A DNA stretch of 55,202 nt, counting the filler, from Jimgerdemannia flammicorona (lineage: Eukaryota): the NCBI GenBank assembly GCA_003990765.1. It is 3 parts of 3 records of this genome, joined end to end, with 100 filler letters (N's around TTAATTAATTAA, not from the genome) between each part and the next. Parts side by side here need not be neighbours in the genome. Positions count along the whole stretch, not along the records: positions 1 to 18,336 come from RBNJ01002233.1; 2 more parts are not named here. One strand, given 5' to 3'. Positions 1 to 12,456 of the stretch are shown here, one piece after another. Under the pieces are notes generated by a model. That model was not told where the DNA came from. It did no database searches and worked only from the letters and a program-made list of their open reading frames with translations. Position 1 is the stretch's first letter; each line of letters opens with the position of its first letter. The position numbers were made by a program, and so were the translations under genes.

Positions 1-724
1 GCCAGTGGGAACGGGCTAAACGAGGGCAAAAGAGTATTGGGGGGGGGGGAAGGTGTGGAGGTGGCGAATGGGGTTGACGGTTGCAAATATCAAGACTGCC
101 TCGTGACTCACCTCAAAAATCACGGGACGACTGTCATTCCGAACTGTGCTATACGCCTGATGTTTCATGGTTATTTAGCTGCAATTATGCCTAGCCAAGA
201 TAAAAAATAAATGGAAGAAATAATACCCTAATGCCCCAATGTTCTAACCCACAGCATGTGCGCTAAATTCCCAAACTGCCTACGACGCCGCGCCACAATA
301 AAACCCACATCATCATTACAGACAGGCGGCTCCATAGAAGGACTGAAAGTCTTGCTTGGCCTTGCAACACAGCCACACCCAAACACTTATGACACTTATG
401 CATATTTTTAGTAGGTAAATAAATACCCGACGCCTAGCTGTCTTGGTTACGAACCCCCTTATTTGCAACATCGAGTCCCTAAAAAACTATTTGATATCCC
501 CTGTCCATGTCGTAACTGGTGAGTTAGTGAAGTAAGACCCGACGGCAAAGCCTTTCTCGGGTGCCCGAAATAGACAACAGTTGGTGTATAAAAGAGAGAG
601 GCGTCCTCCCGTCCTTTTCCAAAGCCTTCTTTTTTTTTTTTTTAATTACCTAATTCGTTACCCCCAACAATCCTGCAAGGTCGGAGAAAATCAGATCACA
701 AACCCTTTGACATCAGTCAGAACC

Positions 725-756
<32 letters not shown>

Positions 757-777
757 ACGCACATCCAAACTGCAACC

Positions 778-2048
778 ATGCCGATGGAAAGAATGTGCTG
801 CTGCTTGCCGCTTCGGGCGGCGACGATCTTCCTTTCCCTGGCCGCCGTGGTGAGTATCATAAAATTAACGGATGAGCGTGTTTTTACTTTCTTCACGCGT
901 TGATTGATCCACATCGCTCACCTCGCTACCCCTTTCCAATCCTCCAGCTCGGGAACGGGGCAGCGCTTGCTATGCTGGTATGGAAAAAACCTGGTAAGGG
1001 TTCCCTACTCTCTCACATCCAACTTCTCGTTCCATACCATGTCTCTTGTTCTCATCAATCGATTACCCTTCACGTAGATATCTTGAACGCCTTCCCCGAC
1101 GATCTCAAACTGTACTCCACCATCCTCTATTATGCCTCATTGGGCATTTCCGGAACCTACGTCCTCATAGGCCTTCTCGGCTTCATTGGTGCCGCTCGGG
1201 TACGTGCTCCCGACCCAGCCTACCGCCTCAATCCTATTCCACCATCATAAACTAACGCACATACCCCCTCTCTCACAGCGCGTTCGCATTTTGGTTCAAA
1301 TATTCAACTGGATCAATTGGCTACTGGTCTTGCTGATCGTGAGTGGAATGCTCGCGATCTGGGTCTACGTACTGACGCACAAGCAGCAGTTCGTAGACGA
1401 CTGTTCGGCATGGGCGGTGCGGTTCGCCGCCGCCAATACCACAAACCCCTCCTTCGACAGGGCTTCACTTCCATTATCCTTGTTCCCGGACACCGATGGC
1501 GGGAGATGCGCAGACGACCTGCAAAAGTTTATTACTTGGTGGGGGGTCGGCACGTTTGTCGGTGGGTTCTTGTGGGTAAGTTGAGCTCTGACCTCTAGTT
1601 CGACGACGTACTTGCTTTGCTCCAGGCAGAGCAACATTTGATATGAACTCCCTTTCCCCACCCTCAGATCTATTTCTCCTCGGCGATTGGCGCCTACGCT
1701 GGCGAGCTCCGACGCCAGGCTCGGGACAGGAAGGGCAGCCGCACGATCAATTCCTTCAAGCCGATGAGCCAGCGCGATCTTTACCAGCCGCTGACGCCCC
1801 CCGCAGTCGTCCCGAGGCCGAGCCAAGAGGGATTGACGGCCGCCGCCGCCGCCGCCGCCGCCGCCGAGGAGGAGGAGATTGCGAACGAGGAAGAGGAGCT
1901 AGCTGCGATGAAGGAGCAGGAGCTGGCGGTGAGGGAAGCAGCTCACGCGCACGGCGGAGCGGCTCACATGCACGGCGAGGCGGTAGCCACTCATGGCGAG
2001 CCCGAGAGCGCCGCCGACGCCGAACGCAGGGTTTCGAATGCCGTATGA
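778..2048 (+). CDS. Four-TM (tetraspanin-like topology) membrane protein, 5 exons (~778-849, 948-993, 1078-1199, 1279-1575, 1668-2048)
   Basis: GT..AG introns give a continuous frame: MPMERMCCCLPLRAATIFLSLAAV / LGNGAALAMLVWKKP / DILNAF..GLLGFIGAAR / RVRILVQIFNWINW..C..C..GGFLW / IYFSSAIGAYA, then an Ala/Glu-rich tail to TGA 2048. Confidence 0.75.
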
Positions 2049-3264
2049 GAAGGCGGAGATGATGCACTTACCAACATTTTTTCGTATTTTGTATTAAGAG
2101 TAAACTTTCGTTTTTTTTTTTGTTTTGTTACCGTTCGATAAATTGTGCTATTGATGGCCAATGTACGCGTCTTGCCGAGCATTGCTCTTTTCCTCTTTGT
2201 CTCGCATTGTTCCCTTTCATCTTGCCTTGCCTTGTTCCTTTTCGTCCTGAGATACTATAAAAATCCTCTCCCAATGACTCTTCTTTCTGCCCATCAAGCA
2301 CACGTCGTCGCTGGTACAGCGGTGCTCATCCATCTCTTCAATGCCAATCGTGCCAACCCCGCCTCCATCCAAGAGGCGCCTCCCCAAGACCCACGCCACA
2401 AGAATCTGGATCTACGAGAAGGACGTGGTTGCCTCCTGCGATAACCAAGATAACCAAACAGGAGGTCTCAATAAATCCTGGCGATCCGCTGTGGAATCAA
2501 GATGGAGATACTAATAGCGTCCGGACGGAGCTGTCCCTGGGCAGTTGGACATAGGCAGTGTTGGCCAATCCTGTCCATCGGAGTCCGACTCATTCATCGG
2601 ATTTGTCACATAGTTTTGCAATTTCCATTGAACATTCATACGCTACATCGGTTTCTATCTGGTGCTGATCACGGGAGTCATGGGATTTTTCGTTCGTAGC
2701 AACGCAGCATCAACGCTTTTCGATGATAAAAAAATCCATTCCATCATCCCACTCTTCCCACGTTGACATGCACCCCACGCCACGAGCTCACAGCCCTCGT
2801 GGCTCAGAGGCTCGGGCGAAGCTCCCATAAACAGCTCACAAAACGCCCACATAGCGATCCATTTTTGACACGCCAGCACAGCCCCTTCGTTTGCTGTGCC
2901 TTTTTCTTTTTAAAAAAGGTAACACACACATACACACATTGTGGCGGACGCGCGTTCGCTTGTAGGTACTATAATCGACGAACGAATGACAGAGTTTGAA
3001 TGAAGAGAATGGGTGAAGAAAAAAAAAAAAATACATACAGAGGGAAGTATGGTTCTCGTGACTCGAAACAGAAAATACTTCCAAAACTAAAGTCGAGGAG
3101 AGGGGGACTAGTATCAAGCGTATTTTACATCTGAATCCGTCGCGCTACATCACCGTGGCATATAAACTATATCGCATCGCTGAAATGTATTGTACCAAAG
3201 ACAAAAAGAAGAAAAGAAGAAAAGAAACGCGCGCAAACATACAATCCCCCGGACATATTCAAGC

Positions 3265-4396
3265 TTAGTAACCGGCAGGGACCACCGGCCGATGACCCGA
3301 ACGGGCGTCCATGTCGCGGAGCTTTTGGTGCCCGTTGATATTGCGCTTGAGGCGCGCGGCGTAAGCGCCGACGGCGGAGGCAAAGTAGATCTGTGATATG
3401 CGATATGGTTCATGATGAGGTTGAATAAATACATATATCCAAGAAAAATTGATGTAGGATATACCCGGGTCTCATTTTTCAAACCTCAACCTACCGAAAG
3501 CATGTTTCCGATGAACACAGAGACGCCCATCCAGACGATAACCTTCTGTACATCACCCTGGCATGCGGATGCGTTCGAGTCAACAAAGACGAGAGAGGAG
3601 AGGGTGGAGTTGTCGTTCTTATTGATAGCGATGGTGCCGTTGACGGTGGCCGGGTTGATAATAGCAGTGCCGTTCTGGGAGACGGTCGGGCCCGAGGGGG
3701 AGGCCGCGATACAATTGGACACAATGTTGTCTTTCTCCACCAGGAGGTAGATCCATGCGCTGAAGGAGGCGATGAACGTGAGCGTCACCATCACCCAGTT
3801 GACCACGTTAAAGGTGATCACCATCGGACGGCTTTGCTAGTGTAGTGGGGGAAAGATGGGAGGAGAATTAGAGCGAATTTCTCATTGATTTTTCGCTTGC
3901 CGAAAATTCGAAATTTGGACCTACCGCCAAGCTACCGACGAGACCGAACAGACCACCGAGGGAGTAGACCAATGAGACAGCGACACATGAGTAAAATACG
4001 GGTGTAATGAGCGAGCTCGATTCCGGGAAGTATGCAAAAATGGCTAGGGATCGGTCAAAACGAAAAGGTGTTGTAAATTAGGAAGTGAAGGTTGAAAGGA
4101 TGAAGCTGGGCCTGTCAGGACCAGGGGAGAGATCGGTAGATCGAACCACTTACCCTGCTTTCTTAAGAAGAGGATGACAGTTTCACTGGCCCAACTGAAC
4201 TGCAAGAGTGGGTAAGAATATGGGAGGGAGGGAGGGAGGGAAGGAGGGAGGGTAATGAGGTGAGGTCTGATTGTCGTGTCAACTGTTTGCTACGCGAACC
4301 TTGTTTGGAAAGTAGGTAACGTACCGTAAGAACCAATGCGATGATAAAGACACCCGCACGAAGCGGGATGCAGCAGCAACAAGTATCCATGCCCAT
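3265..4396 (-). CDS. Paralog of the 778-2048 four-TM protein, multi-exon
   Basis: MGMDTCCCCIPLRAGVFIIALVLT / ...PMVITFNVVNWVMV..NC..CQGDVQKVIVWMGVSVFIGNMLS / IYFASAVGAYAARLKR..PAGY* (TAA at 3265-3267); motifs and intron positions match gene 1. Confidence 0.75.
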
Positions 4397-5072
4397 AGTT
4401 GAAGTGTGAGTGTGAGTCTCGAAAAGGTGTTCTGTTTTTCCAAGAAAGCCTGCGATTTTACAGAAATAATGGTCAACGTAGAAACACCGCCTGGTGGCTT
4501 GGTCGCAGTCTTCTCCTTACTAGGACAAGCACGGCCACAAGCTTCGCAAACCCATCTTCGACCACTATTAATAGCCCCACGCTAAGGCTTAAGGGTATGC
4601 CGAGACCACCACCATAACGTCACCTACAACTTCACCTCCGCACTTCCATGCGAGACACACGCGCCGCTTACAGAATACGTCATAAGGAGTAAGCCGGCGC
4701 AGGATACCAACTGTCGCATCTTATTTTTATCTCTGTGGTATGCCCGGTGCCAAGCGACAACCGTATCGATTCCTGCGCGCGGAAGACTGACAGCTCCTGT
4801 GTTATGTCACACGATGATTGTGTAGATATCGTTCGTGTCAAAAGTGGCAAGCCGTGCGATTCCCGTTTTATGTCACCAGCCACCTCGGACTTGCCACCGC
4901 TACATGTGGTTTACCTCCGAGTTATTTATTGCCCAGGACCCACCAGTTCGATCCCAAAAAATAACTGCATTTTTTTTTTTTTTTGCACCTACTAATACCC
5001 CATACACTGTTTTCCGACTAATTGGACGTAACTATTTGTGGTTCATTTCGATGAACGACCTGTAGATCCAAC

Positions 5073-5666
5073 TTAAAATTTCTGCTTGTTGATCCACTTA
5101 TTAAGGAAGTCCAAGCTGTTGGCGGGCTGATCATAGGGAACCTGTGGAAAAGGAGGAAAGCCAAGAAGAATGAATTTTAGATTCTCAACCGCAACAACCA
5201 AGAGAAAACGAAATCGTCACCTACCATGTGGCCGGCGCCAAACACCCGCAAGAACGTAAACTGTCCGTCGGCAGTGCTGCGGACCTCTCCGGCGACTTCA
5301 CCCGTGATATCCGACACCCAGTCGCGGTCAGCGGCGGCTTGGAACTCCTTTTGGCCCTTCCAGGGTAACTCGAGCGTCCATGCCTTGTTGCCGTACCAGT
5401 TGCAAATGAAGTCGGCGTCGCCTAGGAAAGATGCGAGGTGGGGTTAGGGCCGTTTTACGTTGGTTGATCGGACCGGAGATGCGAATGAATAGAGGGGAGT
5501 TGATGCAGAGAGGAAGACTTACCGGCGTAGATCAGGACACGGATGCCATCCTCGAGGACAGGGTTGAGGGAGCGGTGGTAAGGGCGCATCCTGTATAGCG
5601 CGTTAAGGTCTGATGTGAGCAAAAGCAAAAACGCATACATGTCGTGTGTGTGCAGAATCCACAAAT

Positions 5667-5719
<53 letters not shown>

Positions 5720-7390
5720 TATATATACCAATCACCGGCCAACTGGAACCTAAAGTTTATTTCCATATTGCAGCTCTCATACTTTGTTACCTTAACCCCA
5801 AGCTCGTTCTTCACATCCTCCCTATTCAGATAGGTCTGTATAGCCCCTAGGATCTCATAGCACAGATTCCCGCCCTTGCACTCCTTCCTCACGTCATACA
5901 GGTTCTTCCCCGTCTGCTGGTAGGGCTGAATGTGATCCTTGTTGCACTTGGACGCGGCGGGGAGGCACGAGAAGACATTCTGCGAGTCGTAGCAGTTCTG
6001 AATAAGGCGCGCGCAGGCCGGGTAGGCGTCGCGCATAGTGCTACAGGTACGCTCGTCGAGCACGGCGCCATAAGTCGAGTTGCACCCCATCTCCGCGTAG
6101 TACTTGTACTGCACATACGGATCCGTCAGTCCGTTGCCGATCAGCAGGGAGGCAAGGTTCACGGGCTTGAGTGTTGAGGCATGTTCCCGCAGCGTCAACG
6201 AAGTGAAGTGGCCCTTGTTGGCGCCGTGGATTTGTTCAGCGATCGCGGGGATGTAGTGACCGGCGTCTGTGAAATCGAGTGAGAAATTGCTCGGTGTGAA
6301 AAGTCGTTTGATTGTATGATCGTGGGAGCGAATGGTGGCGTCCAAGGGGATGATACATACAAGATTCACCAGCGATATTAAACTCGAGCTTCTGGTATTT
6401 GGGGAACTCTTTGAAGAAGAGCTGGAGGAAGGCGTAGACGTCCTTGGCAGCGGCCACCGTGTTGGTGGCTGAGCCGCTGCCGTAAGAGTAACCGACGTTC
6501 AGGGGCTAATATGAAGTAGAGGCGAGATATATATTACTATTGGCGATGGGAGAAAACGGACACCGACGTCGACAACAACCGAAACGTTCACCAAAAGTCG
6601 AGCAATACCTGGTCCAGGAAAACGACGCTAGCGTTGGCGTTCCAGGAGTACGGGTTCACAGTAGTGTCGCTACCGTCGTCGCTAACCATGCACGGACTAT
6701 GTGCGCGTTTCAGGATGAGGAACAGAAATTGATTAGATCTAACATGAATTAAAACACATACAATCCGGCAATCGTTTTTCATATCAATTTGGCATGGTGT
6801 CATTTTACACGGAAACCCACCCAAGCTCCATAAATAAGCCAGTCAAGGACGAGCAGCCAGGACCACCATTGAGCCAGAGGATCAGGGGATCGGTTGCGGG
6901 CTTATTACGAGACTCAAAGAACCAAAAGAAAAAGTGCTTATCGCTGCTGACATCCAAGTAGCCGGCGATCTACGGAGAGACGAGGATTAGTCGTTTGGTC
7001 TAATTACTGAATATATGATCGGCATTCCCTATGTCCACAAACTCAACCCACCTGTTTCACGTTCGGATCGCATAGCGCGGGCTCCTTATACCTGAACGTA
7101 TACTCTGGGAACGCCGGGTGAGTGAACACGTTGACCCACTCGTCGGCCTTCTTGTCCTCACCCATGATCCCGTCCACGACGCCGCCGACCTTCTTCCCGA
7201 CGTTATCGAGGATCTCGTCTACCTTGGGGTTCCAGATCGCGTTGAGACCGTCGAGCTTCTGCTCGACGAGGCGACCAACGTTGACGAGGCCGGCGAGGTG
7301 CGGGATGAGCTCGGCGTGCGCTGTGAGGCTCGAGAGGGCGATGACGGCGCTGAGGGAGGCCACGGCCGCAAGAGGGCGCGTAAAAATCAT
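5073..7390 (-). CDS. PRC1: Serine carboxypeptidase S10 (carboxypeptidase Y-like), multi-exon
   Basis: Signal/propeptide, [33 protein letters not shown] nucleophile elbow split by an intron, [27 protein letters not shown]; stop TAA at 5073-5075. Confidence 0.93.
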
Positions 7391-7505
7391 TACCTTGGAG
7401 AAGATGAAGTTGAGGTGATTTTTGGGGGGGGTATTAGCTTCTAAGAGGGGAGAGTGTCGAAGGAAGAAAGGAGGATGCCGAAGGAGAAAGGGGTTGGCAG
7501 TGCAG

Positions 7506-7557
7506 CACGGCAGTCACGGCAGTCACGGCAGTCACGGCAGTCACGGCAGTCACGGCA
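7506..7557. repeat. 9-bp tandem repeat (CACGGCAGT) x~5.8 in the divergent CPY/HAP2 intergenic region
   Basis: Five perfect units plus a 7-bp partial unit, read directly. Confidence 0.9.
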
Positions 7558-8271
7558 TCCACGTTGGACTGGGAACTTTACACTCATGTGACCACGCCCT
7601 CCAAAACCTTAAATGCTCACCAGATGTATTGGGATGGGGGGGCAGCGCCATGTTCCTCTTTGTCCTCCTTGTTTACGACGCGACCCTAATTTTCGGCCTT
7701 GGACCATGACGCTGGACCCGAGGATCGGAGAAAGCAGAGCGGAATATCATAATGCCGATGTCTCAATTATTATGTGTCTAAAATTGGACGTGCTCCAGTT
7801 TGATCAAACGGAACCTGTTTGCAATTAGCATGTGTTGGCACGTGACAAAACGCAAGGAATGCATAAAGGGCATTGCAGTGCAGGTCATCAGACGCAAGGT
7901 TCAGGTGTACTTTTGTGGATGACGTCACCCAATAATTTTTTTATGGGGTGCTCTCTTGCGCGGACCCCGGAATCGATTGGGCGCGGTTATCGGTGAAATA
8001 ATCTGTTTGGCTTTCGTAGGGCCAACCATTCCTCTCGATTATTGGGCTACGGTTCGTCCACTAGTCTTCAAGGTGAGTGAGACTGACGCGACCGTGCCGC
8101 CACGCGACGACTTGCGACGCAAAAGGGGGACTGCGAACAACCTTTGCCTCTCCGCTCTTCTCTAACCAGCGGGCTTTCCTTTGCTACCCTCATCAACCAC
8201 CCCTGCCATCTCATGCCCAACCTCCCCGGACGAACTCCCCCCCTCCCCCACAGAATATTACCACCACTACC

Positions 8272-8528
8272 ATGACTTCGCAACAGCCGCAGACTCAACA
8301 GCTTGCCCAGCAAGCCCAGACTGCACAGGTCTCGCAAGCCCAGCCGCAACCCAGCGCACAGACCGTTGCAGTGATTCCGACCGTGTCGGCGCCGTTCGAG
8401 ATGGCGGCGTACCAGACTGGGACCGTGCTGGTTGATGCGGTAAGTACCACCATGAAACCTTATTAGACCCAAGATGGCTGTCGGCCCGGATGCCGACGAG
8501 ACTATTTGTGTGTTATTTGTGTGTGTGT

Positions 8529-8561
<33 letters not shown>

Positions 8562-9523
8562 ATCGTGCTGGCCAAGAACTACTATTTTCTTCTGACATTG
8601 TAACCCTCCCTTCTGTGACGGCAGAATTTCCAAAGTCTCACCTATCCGCCAGGCTACGCTATGGTAATGAATTCAGCGCCATCTGCGGTCGAGGACGCAA
8701 GTGAGCCCCTCTACGTCAATGCAAAACAGGTATGTTGACTTGGGCGTATTTGACATTTTACCAAAGCCCCTTCGGCACTAGCTCGAAAACCTCGACTGAA
8801 GACCACAACAAATGATGACGAAACACCCTTCGTCAAATTTTCTGTTTCATCCCAGTACCACCGCATCCTCAAGCGGAGACAGGCCCGTGCCAAATTGGAG
8901 GCCGAGAACAAGCTGGCGAAAGGGCGGAAGGTTGGTAAACCGCTTTTTTTGTTTTTTGTTTTTTTTTTTTCTTTGTGTTTAGACTGCCCATTATTATATC
9001 ACACGTTCGCGGTACTGCTTTCCCCTTTGGCATACCAGCCTTGAAAATTGTTAGATCCTTCTTGCTAATATTTGCCACTGTCACCGCTTTGCCTCTCATA
9101 TTCTATGAAAACTAATCGAATTGGACCCCACCCCTGTCCTATCCCCGCTGCATGCTGTTTTCACGTTATCATGCACCTCCAAGCAGAAGTATCTGCACGA
9201 GTCACGCCACAAGCACGCGATGCGACGCCCGAGAGGGCCAGGCGGTGAGTTGTCGAAAGGCGGTTTTATTTGTCTCTTAGTAAACGTAAATACAGTTGCT
9301 TACATGACGTTCTCATTACGGTCTAGGCCGTTTCCTCACCGCTGCCGAGATCGCCGACCGCGACCGTAACGGCGACAAGGACGATGCCGAATCGAGCGCG
9401 AGCCCCCCAGACATGGGCTCGACGCATCATCACCACCCGCAGGAGATCCAGGCCGGGCGCGCCGACTCGAGCATCGTGGCGGCACTGAACATGAACGGGC
9501 AGGGGAAGGCGCAGCGCGCGTGA
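8272..9523 (+). CDS. HAP2: CCAAT-binding factor subunit Hap2/HapB/NF-YA, multi-exon
   Basis: Gln-rich N-terminus; spliced core [34 protein letters not shown]/..[26 protein letters not shown] at 9521-9523. Confidence 0.93.
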
Positions 9524-10164
9524 TTGGGATGCTGGAACGATAGTGGACATGGCGGATATGGCCGGGTGGATGGCCATGGAGAGGTCGTAGATGTGAAGAC
9601 TGGGGTCCAGTCTGTAGGTTGTCGATTTTTATCGTATCCACAATTGCTCTATTGTCCAACTTATTTCCTCGCCTTGTAAATGATGGCGGATGTTTTCCGT
9701 GGTCCCTTGATCCTTTCGTCTGGGCTACTACGTTATTTCCTCTGCTGTTGTATAGATCGTTTTGTTTTCACAGTACCTGTAATGTCCTCGTGGACAAACA
9801 TTTTTGTTCGAAAAAGTAGGTAACTTTGTGCTCGGTAATTGACACCGACTATTGTTATACTTATCAACTCGTAGTGCCCTCTCCTCTGTTCTGCTTGTTC
9901 CCCACCCCTTTTTACATCCTCTTTCTTGTTGGATAAAATCCATGTATGTATGTTATGTAATTAGTTTCGCACTTGTGCTCTTCTTTTTTTTATCCCTTCT
10001 CTTTTTCTTCCCCCCTCCCCCTTCTTCATATTGTATTATCTTTGGCATCCGCTGGCATTTGTTAATACAATTTCCTTTCACGACGTTGGCTGTGTATTTA
10101 TTTCGGGGTGGACCTCTAATAAATCCACGTCACTTCCCCTTTTCCCCTCACTATACCCGCTGCC

Positions 10165-11397
10165 ATGAACTTCCGCGTTCTGTTACCCATCGCGGTGTTG
10201 CTTTCAATAGTCTCCATCCAGACTTCCGCTCAACAATCACGACCTTTGACCTCCTCACTCTACCGGCAACGGTTTACGAAAACCCTTCACCGCCTCCAAC
10301 ATCACCAGCAGCCCACCCCAACCACCTCAACTCACAACCTAGGTGTAACTACGTCTGCCGGCCCTAGCGTCGGTCGCGTGCGCGACTACTTCCTCACTGT
10401 CGAAGAGCTAGACTGGAACTACGCGCCGACGAAATGGGACCATCTGTACGGCAAATCTCTCAACGACTCCATGGCCGCCCTTTACACGGTCCACTCTCTG
10501 AACCCACCGCGCGTCGGGGCCGTCTACCGCAAAGCGGCCTACCGAGCCTACACGGACGCTAGTTTTCGCATGCGCATCTCGCACGACTCTTACCTCGGCA
10601 CTTTGGGGCCCGTGATCCGCGCTGAGGTCGGTGACCGCGTCCGCGTGCGGTTCAGGAACATGGCGTCAAGGAACTACTCCGTGTACCCGTATGGTGTCGT
10701 CTCGCGATACGATCGAAGCAAAAAAGCAGGTGCACCCATTACACCGGGGGAGGAGCATGTTTATGAATGGGATATTCCCGACCGTAGCGGGCCAGGGCCA
10801 AAAGATCCATCGTCGCTCGTCTGGGCATACGTCTCCGACGCTAACCCCACGCGAGACCTCCACTCGGGTCTCGTCGGCCCGCTGATAGTTTACAAGCGCG
10901 GCCTACTCGAACCGGGTATACTGTACCCGACCAAGCAGGACTTCGACCAGGAGATTGTGACGATCATGATGGTCAACGACGAGAACCGGTCGCACTACCT
11001 CACACAATCCCTCGCGCTCGCAGGGCTACCCACTTCCGCCGGCATTGACCTGACAGACGCGACCTTCCGCGAGTCAAACCGCATGTACAACGTGAACGGG
11101 TTCGTCTTCAACAATATGGAGCCGCTGATGCTCGTGCAGGGCTCCCGCGTCCGCTGGTATCTCATGACGCTCGGCGACGAGATCGACATCCACACAGCGC
11201 ACTGGCACGGTGCCACCACCCTCATCGGCGGGCACAGGCTTGACACTGTCGAGCTGCTGCCAGGGACGTTCCGCACTGCGGATCTGGTGCCGGATAACCC
11301 GGGACAGTGGCTGTTCCATTGTCATGTCTCCAAGCATATGATGGCGGGGATGTCAGTGTTCTATCAAATACTGAGCACCAATGGGGAAGAGTGGTGA
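10165..11397 (+). CDS. Secreted two-cupredoxin-domain ceruloplasmin/hephaestin-like multicopper protein (single A-type domain), intronless
   Basis: Signal peptide; WNYAP, YRKAAYRAYTDASF, LGTLGPVIRAEVGD, GPGPKDP, DLHSGLVGPL, IDIHTAHWHG, NPGQWLFHCHVSKHMMAGM. Confidence 0.88.
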   Translation: MNFRVLLPIAVLLSIVSIQTSAQQSRPLTSSLYRQRFTKTLHRLQHHQQPTPTTSTHNLGVTTSAGPSVGRVRDYFLTVEELDWNYAPTKWDHLYGKSLNDSMAALYTVHSLNPPRVGAVYRKAAYRAYTDASFRMRISHDSYLGTLGPVIRAEVGDRVRVRFRNMASRNYSVYPYGVVSRYDRSKKAGAPITPGEEHVYEWDIPDRSGPGPKDPSSLVWAYVSDANPTRDLHSGLVGPLIVYKRGLLEPGILYPTKQDFDQEIVTIMMVNDENRSHYLTQSLALAGLPTSAGIDLTDATFRESNRMYNVNGFVFNNMEPLMLVQGSRVRWYLMTLGDEIDIHTAHWHGATTLIGGHRLDTVELLPGTFRTADLVPDNPGQWLFHCHVSKHMMAGMSVFYQILSTNGEEW

Positions 11398-11857
11398 AGG
11401 TGTTGCGAGAGGAGGCGGAAGGTGTTGAGGGGAAACGGGCGGTGGTGTCGTTGAATGAACAGATGAACGGATAAACAGTGATTTTTATTTTGCGTGGGTT
11501 GTTTCATTATTCATGTATTTTTTAGATGCAGGACAAGTCGACATGCTAGAGAATGTATGAACGAACCATGTGATGACGTGATCGATGCGCAAAGTTCATC
11601 GAACGTTGAATGGAACAATGAAATTAGATGTACATACTTTTGTTTCGTTACTAGAAATAGTTACCTAATAGTCTTGCCTAGCATTATTGTACCCCCAGAT
11701 TATAGCCTGTTATTACCACCCCCGGCAGCTTAGCGACTTTTGTGAATGCCATTACTAATTATCATTGAATTTCATCTCAATCCTTTGGCAATAATGAAAA
11801 TAATACAGCCCAGTATCGCTGGCTATGCTTTTTTTTTTTTTTTTTTTTTTTTTTTTT

Positions 11858-11895
<38 letters not shown>

Positions 11896-12456
11896 GTGGT
11901 TAGTGATTTTGGCCAATTTGACCCATGATTTTTCGGGCCAAACAATTGAGATGAATATTTTTCTCATCTGGATGTCGATGCTGGATGATCATGTAATCCT
12001 ACCATAGACGGAGTTTGAAGGCACCCCAGCGCCCCACGCAGGAGCCCTTGTGCAGGCGTGTGGTACCAGGCTGTGGGCCCTATGTATTGAGGTGCTTATT
12101 TGATGATGTTGGGCCTTTCAAAATGTAATCTGTTGACATGAGACTTAATGGTGAACAATATATTGGAAGGGGGGGTCTCTGGTTGATGATATATTTATAT
12201 TATGATTTCATTGTAATGGAACTATCCGTCCTATGTGCAAAGCAGTATCTGGATACATTTCCATAGACAGCAATCCGTTAAATTCTGGGGGTACTGAAAT
12301 TCGGCAGGTTGCCTAATCCTGCGCGTGCCACTCCCTCCATATTTTTGTGGGAGGTCCACGAGCCCAAACAAACATACATATACATTGACGCGATAGCTCT
12401 TTCCGGGACCAGGGTAAAACACCCAAACCCATTCCACTCCTTCCTCTCTCAACACC

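Noticed and set aside
4900..4960. tRNA or SINE suggested by GTTCGATCCC
   Set aside because: B-box-like motif only; no cloverleaf stems or clear A box
5668..11892. Poly-Lys/poly-Phe ORFs from long A/T runs (5668-5716, 11829-11892) and CT/GT microsatellites
   Set aside because: Intronic or intergenic simple repeats
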